A DNA stretch of 64,000 nucleotides from positions 6,277 through 70,276 of the forward strand of contig JAURHM010000006.1 of the NCBI GenBank assembly GCA_030833315.1. The letters run 5' to 3'. Every line of letters begins with the position of its first letter. The first letter of the stretch is position 1. Below, one piece after another: positions 1 through 11,335 of the stretch. The DNA comes from Burkholderiales bacterium (GTDB lineage Bacteria > Pseudomonadota > Gammaproteobacteria > Burkholderiales > SG8-41). Position numbers and translations under genes: made by a program. Below the pieces are notes generated by a model that did not search any database, was not told the origin of the DNA, and saw only the letters and a list, made by a program, of their open reading frames with translations.

Positions 1-2
1 AG

Positions 3-158
3 CTGGACGGCGGCGAAGAAGTGCACCTGACGCCGGGCACCGTGATCATCCAGCGCCAGACCATGCACAACTGGGAAAACCGCGGCAAGGAACCCTGCAT
101 CATGGCCTACGTACTGCTCGCCACCGAGGGCGCGAAGACCACCGGCTGGGATCACTGA
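3..158 (+). CDS. Cupin-domain protein, 3' part (truncated by window edge)
   Basis: Hand translation LDGGEEVHLTPGTVIIQRQTMHNWENRGKEPC...GWDH*, cupin motif 2 pattern; stop TGA 156-158. Confidence 0.75.
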   Translation: MDGGEEVHLTPGTVIIQRQTMHNWENRGKEPCIMAYVLLATEGAKTTGWDH

Positions 159-165
159 TCAAGAC

Positions 166-192
166 TGCGGCGCGGAAACATTCCGCGCCGCA
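166..192 (+). terminator. GC-rich hairpin, probable terminator
   Basis: TGCGGCGCGGAA-aca-TTCCGCGCCGCA followed by a pyrimidine tract, just after the cupin stop. Confidence 0.55.
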
Positions 193-203
193 TCTCTTCT
201 GTC

Positions 204-599
204 ATGGCCTACATCGAAGAATCACTCTCCGCAGGCGAAGAAATAGCCGGCCTGTTCGAACAGCACTGGATCGTTCGCATCCCGATGGTGATCTGGCTGT
301 TTTTCGTCATCACCCTGCCACTCGCGGTATATGAATACCTGCGCGTGCGTTACACCGAACTCGGTCTCACCAACAAACGAGTCATCTGCAAGACCGGCAT
401 CATCAGCCGCCAATCCGAAGAAATGAAACTGACCTCGATCGAAACCGTCGAGATCGATCAGGGGGTCCTTGGCCGCATCCTCGGCTACGGCAATATCCAC
501 GTCAGCGGTCGCGGCATCAGCGATGTGGTTCTGCGCAGCGTCAAGGACCCGATGGCGGTCAAACGCGCCATCGAAAGCATCAGCAACCCGGCCTCCTGA
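204..599 (+). CDS. Bacterial PH-domain (bPH_2-like) membrane protein
   Basis: One TM segment then TNKRVI.KTG.ISR...E..L..IE...IDQ..LGRILGYG.I pattern. Confidence 0.8.
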   Translation: MAYIEESLSAGEEIAGLFEQHWIVRIPMVIWLFFVITLPLAVYEYLRVRYTELGLTNKRVICKTGIISRQSEEMKLTSIETVEIDQGVLGRILGYGNIHVSGRGISDVVLRSVKDPMAVKRAIESISNPAS

Positions 600-629
600 A
601 CCGCCGGAACAGCCCGGGCCGCCTCCGGC

Positions 630-2069
630 TCAAGTCCAGTTCGCCCGCGCGCGCAATCCTGCCGCGCAATCCGCAGCCTCGCGCAGCACCTGAGTGTGAT
701 CCAGCGCAGTGAACTGCCCCGCGCGGCGCAGCACCCGGCCATCCACGATCACCGTATCGACATTGCGCGGCTGCGCGAACGTTACCAGCGCTTCATAGGG
801 ATCGCTCATCGGCGACATATTGATGTCGCCGGTGCGCACCAGGATGATGTCGGCGCGTTTGCCTGGCGTCAGTGAACCGGTGCGGTCGGCGATGCCCAGA
901 TCGACGGCACCGTCGAGGGTCGCCAGCTGCACCAGCCGCTTTGAAGTCAGGGGTACCTTCGGTCCGATGCGGTGCTGGTGCAGCGCATACAGAATGCGCA
1001 TGCACTGGAAATAATCGCAGGCGTAACTGCCGGTATGGTCGATCGAGATACTGACCTTGACCCCTGCCTGCAGCAACTCCGCCAACTGGATCACGCCGGC
1101 GCTGGCCGCGCGACGCGACTCCCCGGTCGGCGAGGTGCTGTAACTGACGCCGTGTTTGCTGAGCATCTGGCGTTCCGCCGCCGTGGTCAGCAATGGATGC
1201 ACCAGCTGCAGGTCCGGACCGAGCAGTCCTGTCGATTCCAGCAGCGTGATCGGGCTCGGCCCCGAAGTGTGCATGGTGATCGGCAGACCGAGGGCGCGTG
1301 CCCCGCCCCAGTCCTTGCGCGCGGTGTCCACCGAGATATTGCCGCGCAGCGGATTGGTCGTGTCGCCGACGTTACGCGATGAAATGCCCAGCGTCAGCAT
1401 TCCGTCATTCGGCATCCACTGGCGTTTGATCTGCGCCAATCCTTCGAGATCCATCGGCTGCTCATCGGGATAACCCATCGGCGTGCCGTAGGCGAGACGG
1501 CCGCGCAGTCCGACGTCGCGCATCGCGCGCAGCTCGGCATCGGCATGCGCCGGCGAGCGGATGTTGTGCGCCCAGTTGTGCACCGTGGTTGCACCCGCGC
1601 TCAAGCCTTCGGCGAGGCCGAGTTTGACGCTGCGGTAACTGTCTTCCGGCGTGTAGAACCGGCCGAGGCGGTTGGTCACCGGCTGATAACCGCTTTTCGG
1701 ATTATCAATGCGGATTACCGGACGCAACACGCTGGTCCACAGATGCCAGTGCGTATCGACAAAACCCGGCATGCAGATCATGCCCCCGGCATCGATCACC
1801 GTCGCCGACGGTGCCGCGATGTCGCGCGCCACGCCGACAATCGCGCCATCGCGCACAAGCACGTCGCCGCGGACAAAATCACCGACTTTGGCGTCCATAC
1901 TCAGAATGGTCGCGCCGCGAATCAGATATTCACCACGACCGGGCAGGCCGCCGGCGGCGCCGCTAAGGCCGCCCGTCTGCGCGCAGCCCATTCCCGACGC
2001 CAAACCCGTTGCCGCCAGTGCTGTTGCGGTCTTGAGCCAGCTGCGCCGGCCCGCATTCAGTTCATCCAT
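630..2069 (-). CDS. Amidohydrolase (cytosine deaminase/SsnA-like) with Tat signal
   Basis: PGFVDTHWH metal motif, GSLTPGKRADII; start moved to ATG 2069 (RBS GGAGGGG), N-terminus RRSWLK plus hydrophobic stretch. Confidence 0.85.
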   Translation of the reverse strand: MDELNAGRRSWLKTATALAATGLASGMGCAQTGGLSGAAGGLPGRGEYLIRGATILSMDAKVGDFVRGDVLVRDGAIVGVARDIAAPSATVIDAGGMICMPGFVDTHWHLWTSVLRPVIRIDNPKSGYQPVTNRLGRFYTPEDSYRSVKLGLAEGLSAGATTVHNWAHNIRSPAHADAELRAMRDVGLRGRLAYGTPMGYPDEQPMDLEGLAQIKRQWMPNDGMLTLGISSRNVGDTTNPLRGNISVDTARKDWGGARALGLPITMHTSGPSPITLLESTGLLGPDLQLVHPLLTTAAERQMLSKHGVSYSTSPTGESRRAASAGVIQLAELLQAGVKVSISIDHTGSYACDYFQCMRILYALHQHRIGPKVPLTSKRLVQLATLDGAVDLGIADRTGSLTPGKRADIILVRTGDINMSPMSDPYEALVTFAQPRNVDTVIVDGRVLRRAGQFTALDHTQVLREAADCAAGLRARANWT

Positions 2070-2150
2070 GATCCCCTCCCTGCAGGCCGTGGTCGGCCCT
2101 GTTGGACTGTAATTCTTTATGACCATGCTAGCACGCGTTGCGGGGCGCCC

Positions 2151-3122
2151 TCAGTTCCTCATCGGCGTGATTCCGGCGCCGCGGATCACCGTCCCCCACT
2201 TGGCGATCTCCTTGCGCACCCGGTCATCCAACTCCGCCGGTGTCGAGGTTGAAAACTCGGCCCCTTGCGCGACAAAACGCTCGCGGATTTCACGCTGCGT
2301 GAACATGGCCACAGTTTCGGAATTGATCTTGTGGATCACGGTGCCCGGCGTATGCGCAGGGGCAAACAGCGCGAACCAGCCGATCGCCTCATAACCCGGC
2401 AGTCCAGCTTCCGCCATCGTCGGCACTTCCGGCAACACCGTGGCGCGTCGCAAGCTCGAAATCGCCAGGGCGCGGGTGCGGCCGTTGCGGATATTGGGAA
2501 AGGTGGTGGCCAGTCCGCCGAACATCACCGAAATCTGTCCACCGAGCAACTCATACATGGCCGGAACCCCGCCTTTGTACGGCACATGGGTAATGAACAA
2601 TCCCGCGCGCTGCGCAAACAGCACGGCCGCCAGATGCGAAGCAGTCCCCACACCGGAACTGCCGTAATCGAGTTCATGCGGACGGCGCCGTGCAAAGTTG
2701 ATCAGTTCCGCCACCGATTTCACCGGCAGCGACGGATGCACGATCAAAACGCTGGGCACCTGCGCCACCATGGTCACCGGCGCGAAGTCGCGCAGCGTGT
2801 CGTAAGGCAATCGCGTCCACAGCGAGGGATTGGTGACATGCGAGGTGTATGCCATCAGCAGGTTGTAGCCGTCGGGCGGCGACTTGGCGACCAGTTCGGA
2901 GCCGATCATGCCGCCGGCACCGGGGCGGTTGTCGACGATCACGCCCTGCCCCCAGACCTCGAAAAAATGCGCCGCCAGTGTGCGTGCGAACACGTCGGTG
3001 GAGCCGCCGGCCGCAATCGGCACGACGATGCGCACGGTACGGCTCGGGTAGGCCTGCGCCGCGGCCGTTGCGGCAGCCGCCAGCAGAATCCAGGCCAAAC
3101 CGGTGCGATAAAAACGATTCAC
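2151..3122 (-). CDS. Bug/TctC tripartite tricarboxylate transporter substrate-binding protein
   Basis: YPSRTVRIVVP.AAGG.TD, DNRPGAGG, HVPYKGG, PT.AE.G motifs; signal peptide. Confidence 0.92.
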   Translation of the reverse strand: MNRFYRTGLAWILLAAAATAAAQAYPSRTVRIVVPIAAGGSTDVFARTLAAHFFEVWGQGVIVDNRPGAGGMIGSELVAKSPPDGYNLLMAYTSHVTNPSLWTRLPYDTLRDFAPVTMVAQVPSVLIVHPSLPVKSVAELINFARRRPHELDYGSSGVGTASHLAAVLFAQRAGLFITHVPYKGGVPAMYELLGGQISVMFGGLATTFPNIRNGRTRALAISSLRRATVLPEVPTMAEAGLPGYEAIGWFALFAPAHTPGTVIHKINSETVAMFTQREIRERFVAQGAEFSTSTPAELDDRVRKEIAKWGTVIRGAGITPMRN

Positions 3123-3227
3123 GGGGAAATTGTAATCTGCGGCAAGGGGGTTTCGCGCTAAAATTGGTCCTGTTAAGAGCGGCCCTATTTACCGCAATAC
3201 GTCACGGCAAAACACGGCAACATCTCC

Positions 3228-3476
3228 ATGAGCAAACCCACCCTGTTCGAAGGCGAGCTGCACGACGCCATGCAGCAACTCTGTGACGAGACCATTGAGG
3301 CCATGCAACTGGCCAAGGTCAGCCCTGATCTGGATGATCTTTCAGCGGTTTTCGCGGTCGCCCTGCTGAAACTGGGCATGGCCACAGGCTTCGTCGAACA
3401 GCAGCACCCCGGCTTCGCCAAGGAAGTCGAAGAAAAACGTCAGCGGGTGATTGCCGCGCTGACCCAGAAACACTGA
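3228..3476 (+). CDS. Hypothetical helical protein (82 aa), co-transcribed with iscS-like gene
   Basis: Host-like codon usage, 5 bp gap to the downstream desulfurase. Confidence 0.75.
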   Translation: MSKPTLFEGELHDAMQQLCDETIEAMQLAKVSPDLDDLSAVFAVALLKLGMATGFVEQQHPGFAKEVEEKRQRVIAALTQKH

Positions 3477-3481
3477 GGCCC

Positions 3482-4639
<1,158 letters not shown>

Positions 4640-4657
4640 GCCTGACAATACGCTGAA

Positions 4658-5127
4658 TCAGGGCCGCGGCAGCCGGTTTGCGGCTTCCTGCAGATGGATA
4701 AAGCTGTGGTCGCCGAAACTGGGTTCGGCCAGCTCCTGCAAATCTTTGTAAAATCGCTTTGCGGCTCGTGCTCCAGACAGGCGCAAACCGTGGTCACGAC
4801 ATACATGCCCGCAGTGCGCTCGATGTAATGCAGGTAACGCCTCCAGCACCACCTGCACATCAACGGCGCCGGAGCGCCGGGTATCGATGGAACGCACCCG
4901 CTGGCCGCGCTGCCGCTGGTAATGCGTCAATGAATCGGAACGCCCCTCAACCAGCAGCTACGGCCCCGTCTGCGGATCGATATCATAGGCGCGGTAAAAG
5001 GCTAAGGCGCCATCGGGCTGCGCACCAGTTGTTCGTAGGGAATCGCTGCCGATTGCTGGGCCGCCGCCGGTACAAAGGCAAAAATCACCAGCAGCACGCT
5101 GCCACAAAAAATCCCTGCTTTGGTCAC
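4658..5127 (-). pseudogene. Probable decayed gene for a secreted protein
   Basis: GTG 5127 gives a signal-peptide-like MTKAGIFCGSVLLVIFAFVPAAAQ ending at TAG 5002; a shifted frame continues DGALAFYRAYDIDPQTGP* (TAG 4958) then into ORF 4658..4930. Confidence 0.45.
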
Positions 5128-5288
5128 GGATTTTTCCACTGCAGGGCTAGTCTGCACCCGCTCCCGGCGGCTGTCCATCGCCTTGGAAAACAGATCGCGT
5201 AAGGCAAGTGCGGCTCACTAAAATAAGGCTTAAAGCGAACCCAAGAGACATGGATATGGAACGCATCCACCTCAATCCGCATGACTTA

Positions 5289-5336
5289 TTGACCGACCAA
5301 GAATTGAACCTTAAACTAAGTTCGCATAATTTGAAC
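5289..5336 (+). promoter_or_regulatory. Sigma70 promoter with adjacent IclR-type operator
   Basis: TTGACC-17bp-TAAACT (5289-5317), then palindrome GTTCgcATaATttGAAC (5320-5336) resembling PcaR/PobR-type boxes. Confidence 0.6.
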
Positions 5337-5472
5337 AGTATTAAGATGGCTGCAGCTACATATACTTAAACCGAATCAAAGCTGATGCAGCATCCCGCAC
5401 CCAGCCCCGCTAAATCCCGAAAAACGACCGTTAACTCCATTATTTACTGAACTTTTACTAAAGGAATTATTC

Positions 5473-5889
5473 ATGGAAAAGCAAAAGTACAAACTAAGAC
5501 ACATCGCCCTGTCCGTTCGAGATGTTGCAAAAACACAGAAATTTCTCGAAGACGCATTTGGCATGACCAAGGCAGGCGATGCTCAAAACGGCATCTACAT
5601 GACCGACGGGACCATTAATATCGCCGTTCTAAACAAAAAAGGTAACGCGCCCGGAATCGAAACCGGAAAAGAGTTTTATGGAGTCATGCACTTCGGTATG
5701 TGGGTCGATGATCTCGCCCAGGCTGAAGAACAGGTCAAGGCTGCGGGAGCAACCCATTTTCAGGGACGCGCGCCGAACACACCCAACAGCTTTTATGAAG
5801 TGAAGTATCGTGACCATGACGGCATTGTCTTTGATATAACCGCGAGCGGATGGCGTGGCGCAGTAAAAAACGTGAAGCCTGTGGAATAA
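5473..5889 (+). CDS. VOC/glyoxalase family protein
   Basis: LRHIALSV.D, HFGMWVDD, YEVKY.D.DG..FDI; RBS AAGGA. Confidence 0.85.
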   Translation: MEKQKYKLRHIALSVRDVAKTQKFLEDAFGMTKAGDAQNGIYMTDGTINIAVLNKKGNAPGIETGKEFYGVMHFGMWVDDLAQAEEQVKAAGATHFQGRAPNTPNSFYEVKYRDHDGIVFDITASGWRGAVKNVKPVE

Positions 5890-5893
5890 ACTG

Positions 5894-7114
5894 ATGACCA
5901 ACCTCAATAAGCCAGTAGTAATCATTGGCGCCGGCCCCGTAGGCATTTGCCTTGCTTTGTATCTGGCCCAGAAAGACATCCGTTCGATCATGATCGAACG
6001 ACTTGACCCCCAGACCTTTCTTGATCAGGAACCCCGGGCGGGCAGCATCCATCCCGCCACGCTTGAAATGCTCGATGACCTTGGACTTTACGAGCGCATG
6101 GAACGCAGGGGCCTGATTGCACCAACAGTTCAGTATTGGGATCGCGAAACAGACTCGATATTTGCGGAATTTGATCACGCCGTCCTTAAAAACGACACCC
6201 GTTTTCCTTATGTTCTGCAATGCGAACGAACCAAGATAATTGATGAAGCAATGCAGGTTCTTCGCGAAACAAAGATGTGCGATGTCAGGATGTCCACCGA
6301 ATTTGTATCTTTTACGCAAAATGAAAAAGGCATTGAGGCACTGATCACTGACAATGCAGGAAATGAAGAACGCATCAGCGGCAGCTATATAGTCAGCGCC
6401 GAAGGCGGAAGAAGCATTATCAGAAAGTCACTGGGTATCGAATTCGAGGGTTACACCTACCCCGAAAGAACCCTGACAGTCGCTGTCTGCTACGACTTTG
6501 ACAAAGCGCATGGCTACGCGTATAGAAACTACCTCTCCGACCCCGAGCAATGGTCCAATCTCTTCAAATGGACGCAACCCGAACGCTGGAGAGTTCACTT
6601 CCCGACAGATATTCAGGATCCACCGGAAAAAGTGCTCAGCGACGAGTATATTCAAACCCAGTTGCAGCGCTTTCTCCCCCGCGATCAGCCCTATGAAGTA
6701 GTTCACCGCACCACTTATACCGTTCACCAGCGCATTGCCTCGACCTTCCGTAGCGGGCGTGCAATTCTTGCGGGTGACTCAGCCCATGTGAACAGTCCGA
6801 TCGGCGGTATGGGAATGAATAGCGGCGTGCATGATGCAATCAACCTCGGACAAAAGCTTTGCGATATCCTGCAAGGTCGCACCAGCGACGAAGTCCTCGA
6901 TCGCTACAGCCGGCAGCGCCGGCATGTTGCTGTCAACCACACCAAAGCCCAAACAGAACGAAACAAGAAACTGTTAGCCGAGAAAGATCCTGCCGTACGT
7001 AAAAAGAATCACGACCAGGTAAAGCGAACTGCTGAAGACAGCAAACTGTGCCGCGAATTCATGCTACGCACATCTTTGATCAACAGCGTCAAAGAAGCCG
7101 CAGAAATACTTTAG
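5894..7114 (+). CDS. FAD-dependent aromatic monooxygenase (PheA/MhpA/PnpA-like)
   Basis: GAGPVG Rossmann motif, AEGGRS (DG-type), LAGDSAHVNSP.GGMGMNSG..DA.NL. Confidence 0.88.
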   Translation: MTNLNKPVVIIGAGPVGICLALYLAQKDIRSIMIERLDPQTFLDQEPRAGSIHPATLEMLDDLGLYERMERRGLIAPTVQYWDRETDSIFAEFDHAVLKNDTRFPYVLQCERTKIIDEAMQVLRETKMCDVRMSTEFVSFTQNEKGIEALITDNAGNEERISGSYIVSAEGGRSIIRKSLGIEFEGYTYPERTLTVAVCYDFDKAHGYAYRNYLSDPEQWSNLFKWTQPERWRVHFPTDIQDPPEKVLSDEYIQTQLQRFLPRDQPYEVVHRTTYTVHQRIASTFRSGRAILAGDSAHVNSPIGGMGMNSGVHDAINLGQKLCDILQGRTSDEVLDRYSRQRRHVAVNHTKAQTERNKKLLAEKDPAVRKKNHDQVKRTAEDSKLCREFMLRTSLINSVKEAAEIL

Positions 7115-7118
7115 ATCG

Positions 7119-7940
7119 CTAAATCTCATGACAACGGCGCGTCAAACGACGCGCCGCTTCAGCGGTGACCTCAGCAAAAGCGCTGATTTCCTTTTTTGTC
7201 ATTGCCCCTACCGGGCTTGATACAACAAGTACCGCAGTCAGAAGATTGTCCGCTCCCATAATAGGCGCCGCCACACTGAAATAACCCGGCCTGGTCTCCC
7301 CCTCACTGACAGCATAACCATGCGCTCTTACACGGCGAACCGCACTGAAAAATTCTTTTTCAGTTGTCAGGGACTTTGCCGTAAATCGCGGAAGCCCGTA
7401 TTTTCGTATGAGCCTCCGGGAATCCTCGTCAGCACGAAATGCGGCCATCACCTGTCCACCGGCACCATAATTCAATGGAACTCTCGCACCTTGAGGAATA
7501 TGGATAGGAAGATGGGTCAGACTTTCTATCATGTCGACCACCAGAAGATCGTCGTCAACGACCAAGCGCAGCGAAACGGTTGCCTTTAATTTTCGGGCCA
7601 ATTTCCTGAGTTCAGGCCTGGACCAAGCCATCCGGTTGGTCAGCCGCCCCGCCAGAGAGCCCACCTCGAATGTTTTGAAGCCCATCAAATACCGGCGGCT
7701 ACTGGGATCTCTCCGCAAGAACCCCATTTCCTCCAGCGTTTTTATGGATCGATGAATCAAACTCTTGTGAAGATTCATCTGATGCGCGATTTCCGTAATG
7801 CCCCATTCCGGCCTTTCTTCTGAAAAAAGGCACAAAATCTCCAGGCCCCGCCGCAAACCTGCGGAACGACCGGGATCATTCGATACAGCAGACACCGCCG
7901 TTTTTTTAGTGGTTGAGGCTGATTTACTTCGGCTCTTCAT
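7119..7940 (-). CDS. IclR-family transcriptional regulator
   Basis: N-terminal HTH (RGLEIL...ITEIA...LHKS..HR...TL), C-terminal GYAVS.GE...G..SVAAPI. Confidence 0.9.
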   Translation of the reverse strand: MKSRSKSASTTKKTAVSAVSNDPGRSAGLRRGLEILCLFSEERPEWGITEIAHQMNLHKSLIHRSIKTLEEMGFLRRDPSSRRYLMGFKTFEVGSLAGRLTNRMAWSRPELRKLARKLKATVSLRLVVDDDLLVVDMIESLTHLPIHIPQGARVPLNYGAGGQVMAAFRADEDSRRLIRKYGLPRFTAKSLTTEKEFFSAVRRVRAHGYAVSEGETRPGYFSVAAPIMGADNLLTAVLVVSSPVGAMTKKEISAFAEVTAEAARRLTRRCHEI

Positions 7941-8015
7941 ATTCGAATTTCCACTTTCATAAACACCAAAAAGCAGTCGTTGCGACGCATCATTTTCTGG
8001 TGCTAGACTGCATTA

Positions 8016-8035
8016 ATATTGAGTTATATCAATAT
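8016..8035. promoter_or_regulatory. Palindromic candidate operator in the IclR/Bug divergent region
   Basis: ATATTGA-gttata-TCAATAT, downstream of TTGCGA-18-TAGACT. Confidence 0.4.
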
Positions 8036-8118
8036 AGTACAAAAGTTTTCATAATCCTTCGTCCGCGCCAAGTTGAGTAACCTGATTTCCAACAAACTGA
8101 AATTGAACTGGAGAAATT

Positions 8119-9099
8119 ATGTTGCGCCGTCTCGCACGACTTATTCCAATTCTGCCGCTGATTTTCCCGTTTTTGGCAGGAATTAACCCGGCATCCGCGC
8201 AGACTTATCCCAACAAACCAGTTCGAATAATTTCAGCCTTTGCAGCGGGCGGAACGAATGACGTAATTGCCCGAACCATAGCCCCCAAGCTATCCGAGCA
8301 CTTTGGACAACAATTCATCGTTGAGAACAGACCCGGCGGCGGCGGCGTTATAGGCACTGAATTTGCAGCCAAATCGCCCGCCGATGGTTATACGCTGACC
8401 ATCGCCACAACAACCACGCATGTAATTGCTGCAGCAATGCGCAAACTTCCCTACGATCCCGTAAAGGATTTTTCACCCATCAACTTGATAGGTGCCACCC
8501 CTTATATGATTGTTGTTCATCCATCCATGCCCGTTAAAAACGTAAAGGACTTGATCGCAGTTGCGAAATCACGTCCGAATCAGGTCGAATTCGGCTCTGG
8601 CGGCGTAGGAACACCCGGACATCTCGCTGGCGCAATGCTCAATACGATGACCGGAATCAAAATGCTGCACGTCCCCTACAAGGCCGGCAATCTCGCGCTC
8701 AATGAATTGATTGGAGGACATGTTTCCCTTACCTTTTCCACAACAATCACTTCCACACAATTTATTCAATCCGGCCGGTTGCGCGGCATTGCAGTGACCA
8801 GCATTAACCGCCTGCCTGCCTTCCCCAATCTGCCCACCGTAGCGGAGTCCGGTGTACCGGGCTATGAATTCAGCCTTTGGCTTGGACTTTCAGCACCGGC
8901 AAAAACGCCTGAGCCCGTTATACAGATGTTAGCTGACGCCGTTGCCAAGGCCCTGCAAAACGAATCGGTACGCAGCACCTTGATCGCACAATCAGTTGAA
9001 CCGGTATCGATACCAAGGCAAACCATTGCTAAACGCATTGAATCAGAACTAATTGCATACGAAAAAATTGTCAAGCAGAGTGGAGCAATGACAAATTGA
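8119..9099 (+). CDS. Bug/TctC substrate-binding protein
   Basis: YPNKPVRII..FAAGG.ND, ENRPGGGG, HVPYKAG. Confidence 0.92.
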   Translation: MLRRLARLIPILPLIFPFLAGINPASAQTYPNKPVRIISAFAAGGTNDVIARTIAPKLSEHFGQQFIVENRPGGGGVIGTEFAAKSPADGYTLTIATTTTHVIAAAMRKLPYDPVKDFSPINLIGATPYMIVVHPSMPVKNVKDLIAVAKSRPNQVEFGSGGVGTPGHLAGAMLNTMTGIKMLHVPYKAGNLALNELIGGHVSLTFSTTITSTQFIQSGRLRGIAVTSINRLPAFPNLPTVAESGVPGYEFSLWLGLSAPAKTPEPVIQMLADAVAKALQNESVRSTLIAQSVEPVSIPRQTIAKRIESELIAYEKIVKQSGAMTN

Positions 9100-10004
9100 A
9101 TCAGACATTGCAGGAAAGTGACCAAAAGAACTGCGAAGGAATCGTCTTCCTTCAGTACACCCAAAGTGAACTGGACCACGCCTACAATCAGAGAGCCTTC
9201 GCACCGAATTCTGAGCATGTAAGAAAGCGGCTTTCGGTTCTCAGCAAAGACATCAGATTACGCACCCCTCCCTCAGGACGACATTCTTACGGCACTGAGG
9301 AAATCGAACAATTAGACATTTACAGTGCAGGCAGAACGAATTCGCCGGTGAATATATACATTCATGGCGGCGCATGGCGAAAAGGCAGCGCTGCTGCAAG
9401 CGCATATTTGGCGGAAGTTCTCACCAAAGCGGGATCAACACTTGTCGTTCCTGATTTTTACAACGTTGAACAAGCCAATGACAGCCTTCGAACCATGGTC
9501 AGCCAGGTTCGATCCGCCATTGCCTGGGTTTATCAAAATTCGAAAAAACTGGGGTTGGATGACAACCGTATCTATGTGTCAGCCCATTCCTCGGGGGCGC
9601 ACCTTGCAGCCTGCACCCTCATCACAGACTGGGTGAAAGATTTTGGCCTCCCTGCCGATATTCTGAAGGGGGCTTTTTTATGCAGCGGCATGTACGATCT
9701 CAGAGGGCCGCGATTATCGGCCCGCAGCTCATACGTCAAGTTCGATGACCCCATGGAAGAAGAACTCAGCCCGCAACGTCATGTAAACAAAATCAACACC
9801 CCGATCATATTGGCTTACGGAACACAGGAAACCCCGGAGTTTCAGCGGCAAGCCATCGAGTTTGCTTCAACTCTTGAACTGGCCGGAAAACAAGTGGAAC
9901 TCATTGTTGGTCACGAGTACAACCATTATGAAATTCGCGAGACATTTGCAAATCCTTACGGTCTCGCCGGAAAAGCTATTTTGTCCCAGATGAAACTTTC
10001 CTAG
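9096..10004 (+). CDS. Alpha/beta hydrolase, arylformamidase-like
   Basis: HGGAW oxyanion motif, AHSSGAH nucleophile elbow, ETPEFQRQ, NHY; TTGA overlap with the Bug stop. Confidence 0.82.
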   Translation: MNQTLQESDQKNCEGIVFLQYTQSELDHAYNQRAFAPNSEHVRKRLSVLSKDIRLRTPPSGRHSYGTEEIEQLDIYSAGRTNSPVNIYIHGGAWRKGSAAASAYLAEVLTKAGSTLVVPDFYNVEQANDSLRTMVSQVRSAIAWVYQNSKKLGLDDNRIYVSAHSSGAHLAACTLITDWVKDFGLPADILKGAFLCSGMYDLRGPRLSARSSYVKFDDPMEEELSPQRHVNKINTPIILAYGTQETPEFQRQAIEFASTLELAGKQVELIVGHEYNHYEIRETFANPYGLAGKAILSQMKLS

Positions 10005-10051
10005 GCTGTTGACGAACCAACCCCGCAATTCAAAATAAAAAGAATTTCATC

Positions 10052-11323
10052 ATGTCAGCAATGACCGCAGTAGAAAAAGTGCTGGCCGCAAAAAGCGGCC
10101 GCAACTCCGTCAAACCCGGAGATGTCGTTTCCCCCGATCCCGACTACATCATGATCCACGACGGTGTGGTGATGGCGGCAAAACGCGAACTTGACGCTCT
10201 GGGCATCACCCGGCTGGCAACGCCGGATAAAGTCATGATGGTCACCGACCATGACGTCATTTACGGCAGCGCACGCGCGGCCGAACGCGGCGCCTTCAAC
10301 CGCAAGGCGGCAGCACAATGGGGAGTAAAGAATTTCTTTGATGTCGGCCGTGGCGGCCACGGTCATATCTTCCCGATGGAATCCGGACTGCTGCTGCCCG
10401 GCATGTTCTATTTCGACAACGACCGCCATGCCACCAACGCCGGCGCCATCGGCGCCTTCGGTTTCCGCATGGGTACAGAGATTTCACGTGTGCTCGCCAC
10501 CGGTACCAACTGGGTAATGGTGCCGAAAACCGTGCGCCTCACCCTCAAAGGCCGGCTGCAGAGCGGCGTGCATGCCCGCGACGTCGGTTTTCATTTTGCG
10601 GCAATGCTCAAGCAGGAAAAACTGTCCGCCGACCTCGATTACCGCGTACTTGAATACGCCGGCGACCTTGAGCAGTTCGATCTCGCTTCACGCGCCGCAC
10701 TATGCTCCACGCCGACCGAGATCCGCGCTTACGGCGTGTTCGTGCCGCCGTCACAGGCGATCATTGAACACGCTAGGGCACGCGGTCAGCGGCTGTTCAC
10801 GGCGGTGTATTCCGACGCCGATGCGGCTTATGACGCTGATCTGATGCTGGACATTTCAAGACTCGAACCGCAGGTATCGCTGCCGGGCAGCGTCGAAAAC
10901 GCAGTGGATGTCTCGAAAGTCGAAGGCACCGTCATTGATCACGCCTTCATCGGCTCCTGCGGCTCCGGCATGTGGGAAGACCTGGTAACAGCGGCTTCCA
11001 TTCTCAAAGGCCGCCGGCTCGCGCCAAATGTCCGGTTGTTTGTCGCCCCGGGCTCGGAAACGACCAACCGCCGGCTGGCCAGCGAGGGCCTGCTCGGCAT
11101 TTTCATCGAAGCCGGCGCAGTCATGCTGCCGCCGGGCTGCGGCCCCTGCAATGACGCCGTGATCGGCCCGGTGCATTCGGGTGAGGTTTCGATGTCGACG
11201 GCAACCAATAACAATGCCGGGCGCTTCGGCGCCAAAGACGCGCAGTTGTATCTGGGCAGCCCGGCCACGGTCGCCGCCTCCGCAGTCGCCGGTAAAATCA
11301 CTGATGCACGCAAGTTGAACTGA
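10052..11323 (+). CDS. Aconitase-family [4Fe-4S] (de)hydratase large subunit (LeuC-like, divergent)
   Basis: FIGSCGSG and PGCGPC supply three cluster Cys; YLGSPATVAASA..G.I.D. Confidence 0.85.
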   Translation: MSAMTAVEKVLAAKSGRNSVKPGDVVSPDPDYIMIHDGVVMAAKRELDALGITRLATPDKVMMVTDHDVIYGSARAAERGAFNRKAAAQWGVKNFFDVGRGGHGHIFPMESGLLLPGMFYFDNDRHATNAGAIGAFGFRMGTEISRVLATGTNWVMVPKTVRLTLKGRLQSGVHARDVGFHFAAMLKQEKLSADLDYRVLEYAGDLEQFDLASRAALCSTPTEIRAYGVFVPPSQAIIEHARARGQRLFTAVYSDADAAYDADLMLDISRLEPQVSLPGSVENAVDVSKVEGTVIDHAFIGSCGSGMWEDLVTAASILKGRRLAPNVRLFVAPGSETTNRRLASEGLLGIFIEAGAVMLPPGCGPCNDAVIGPVHSGEVSMSTATNNNAGRFGAKDAQLYLGSPATVAASAVAGKITDARKLN

Positions 11324-11335
11324 GAAAGCACGGTC

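Noticed and set aside
4759-5202. 147-aa plus-strand ORF
   Set aside because: No RBS or motifs; the opposite strand is better explained as a decayed gene
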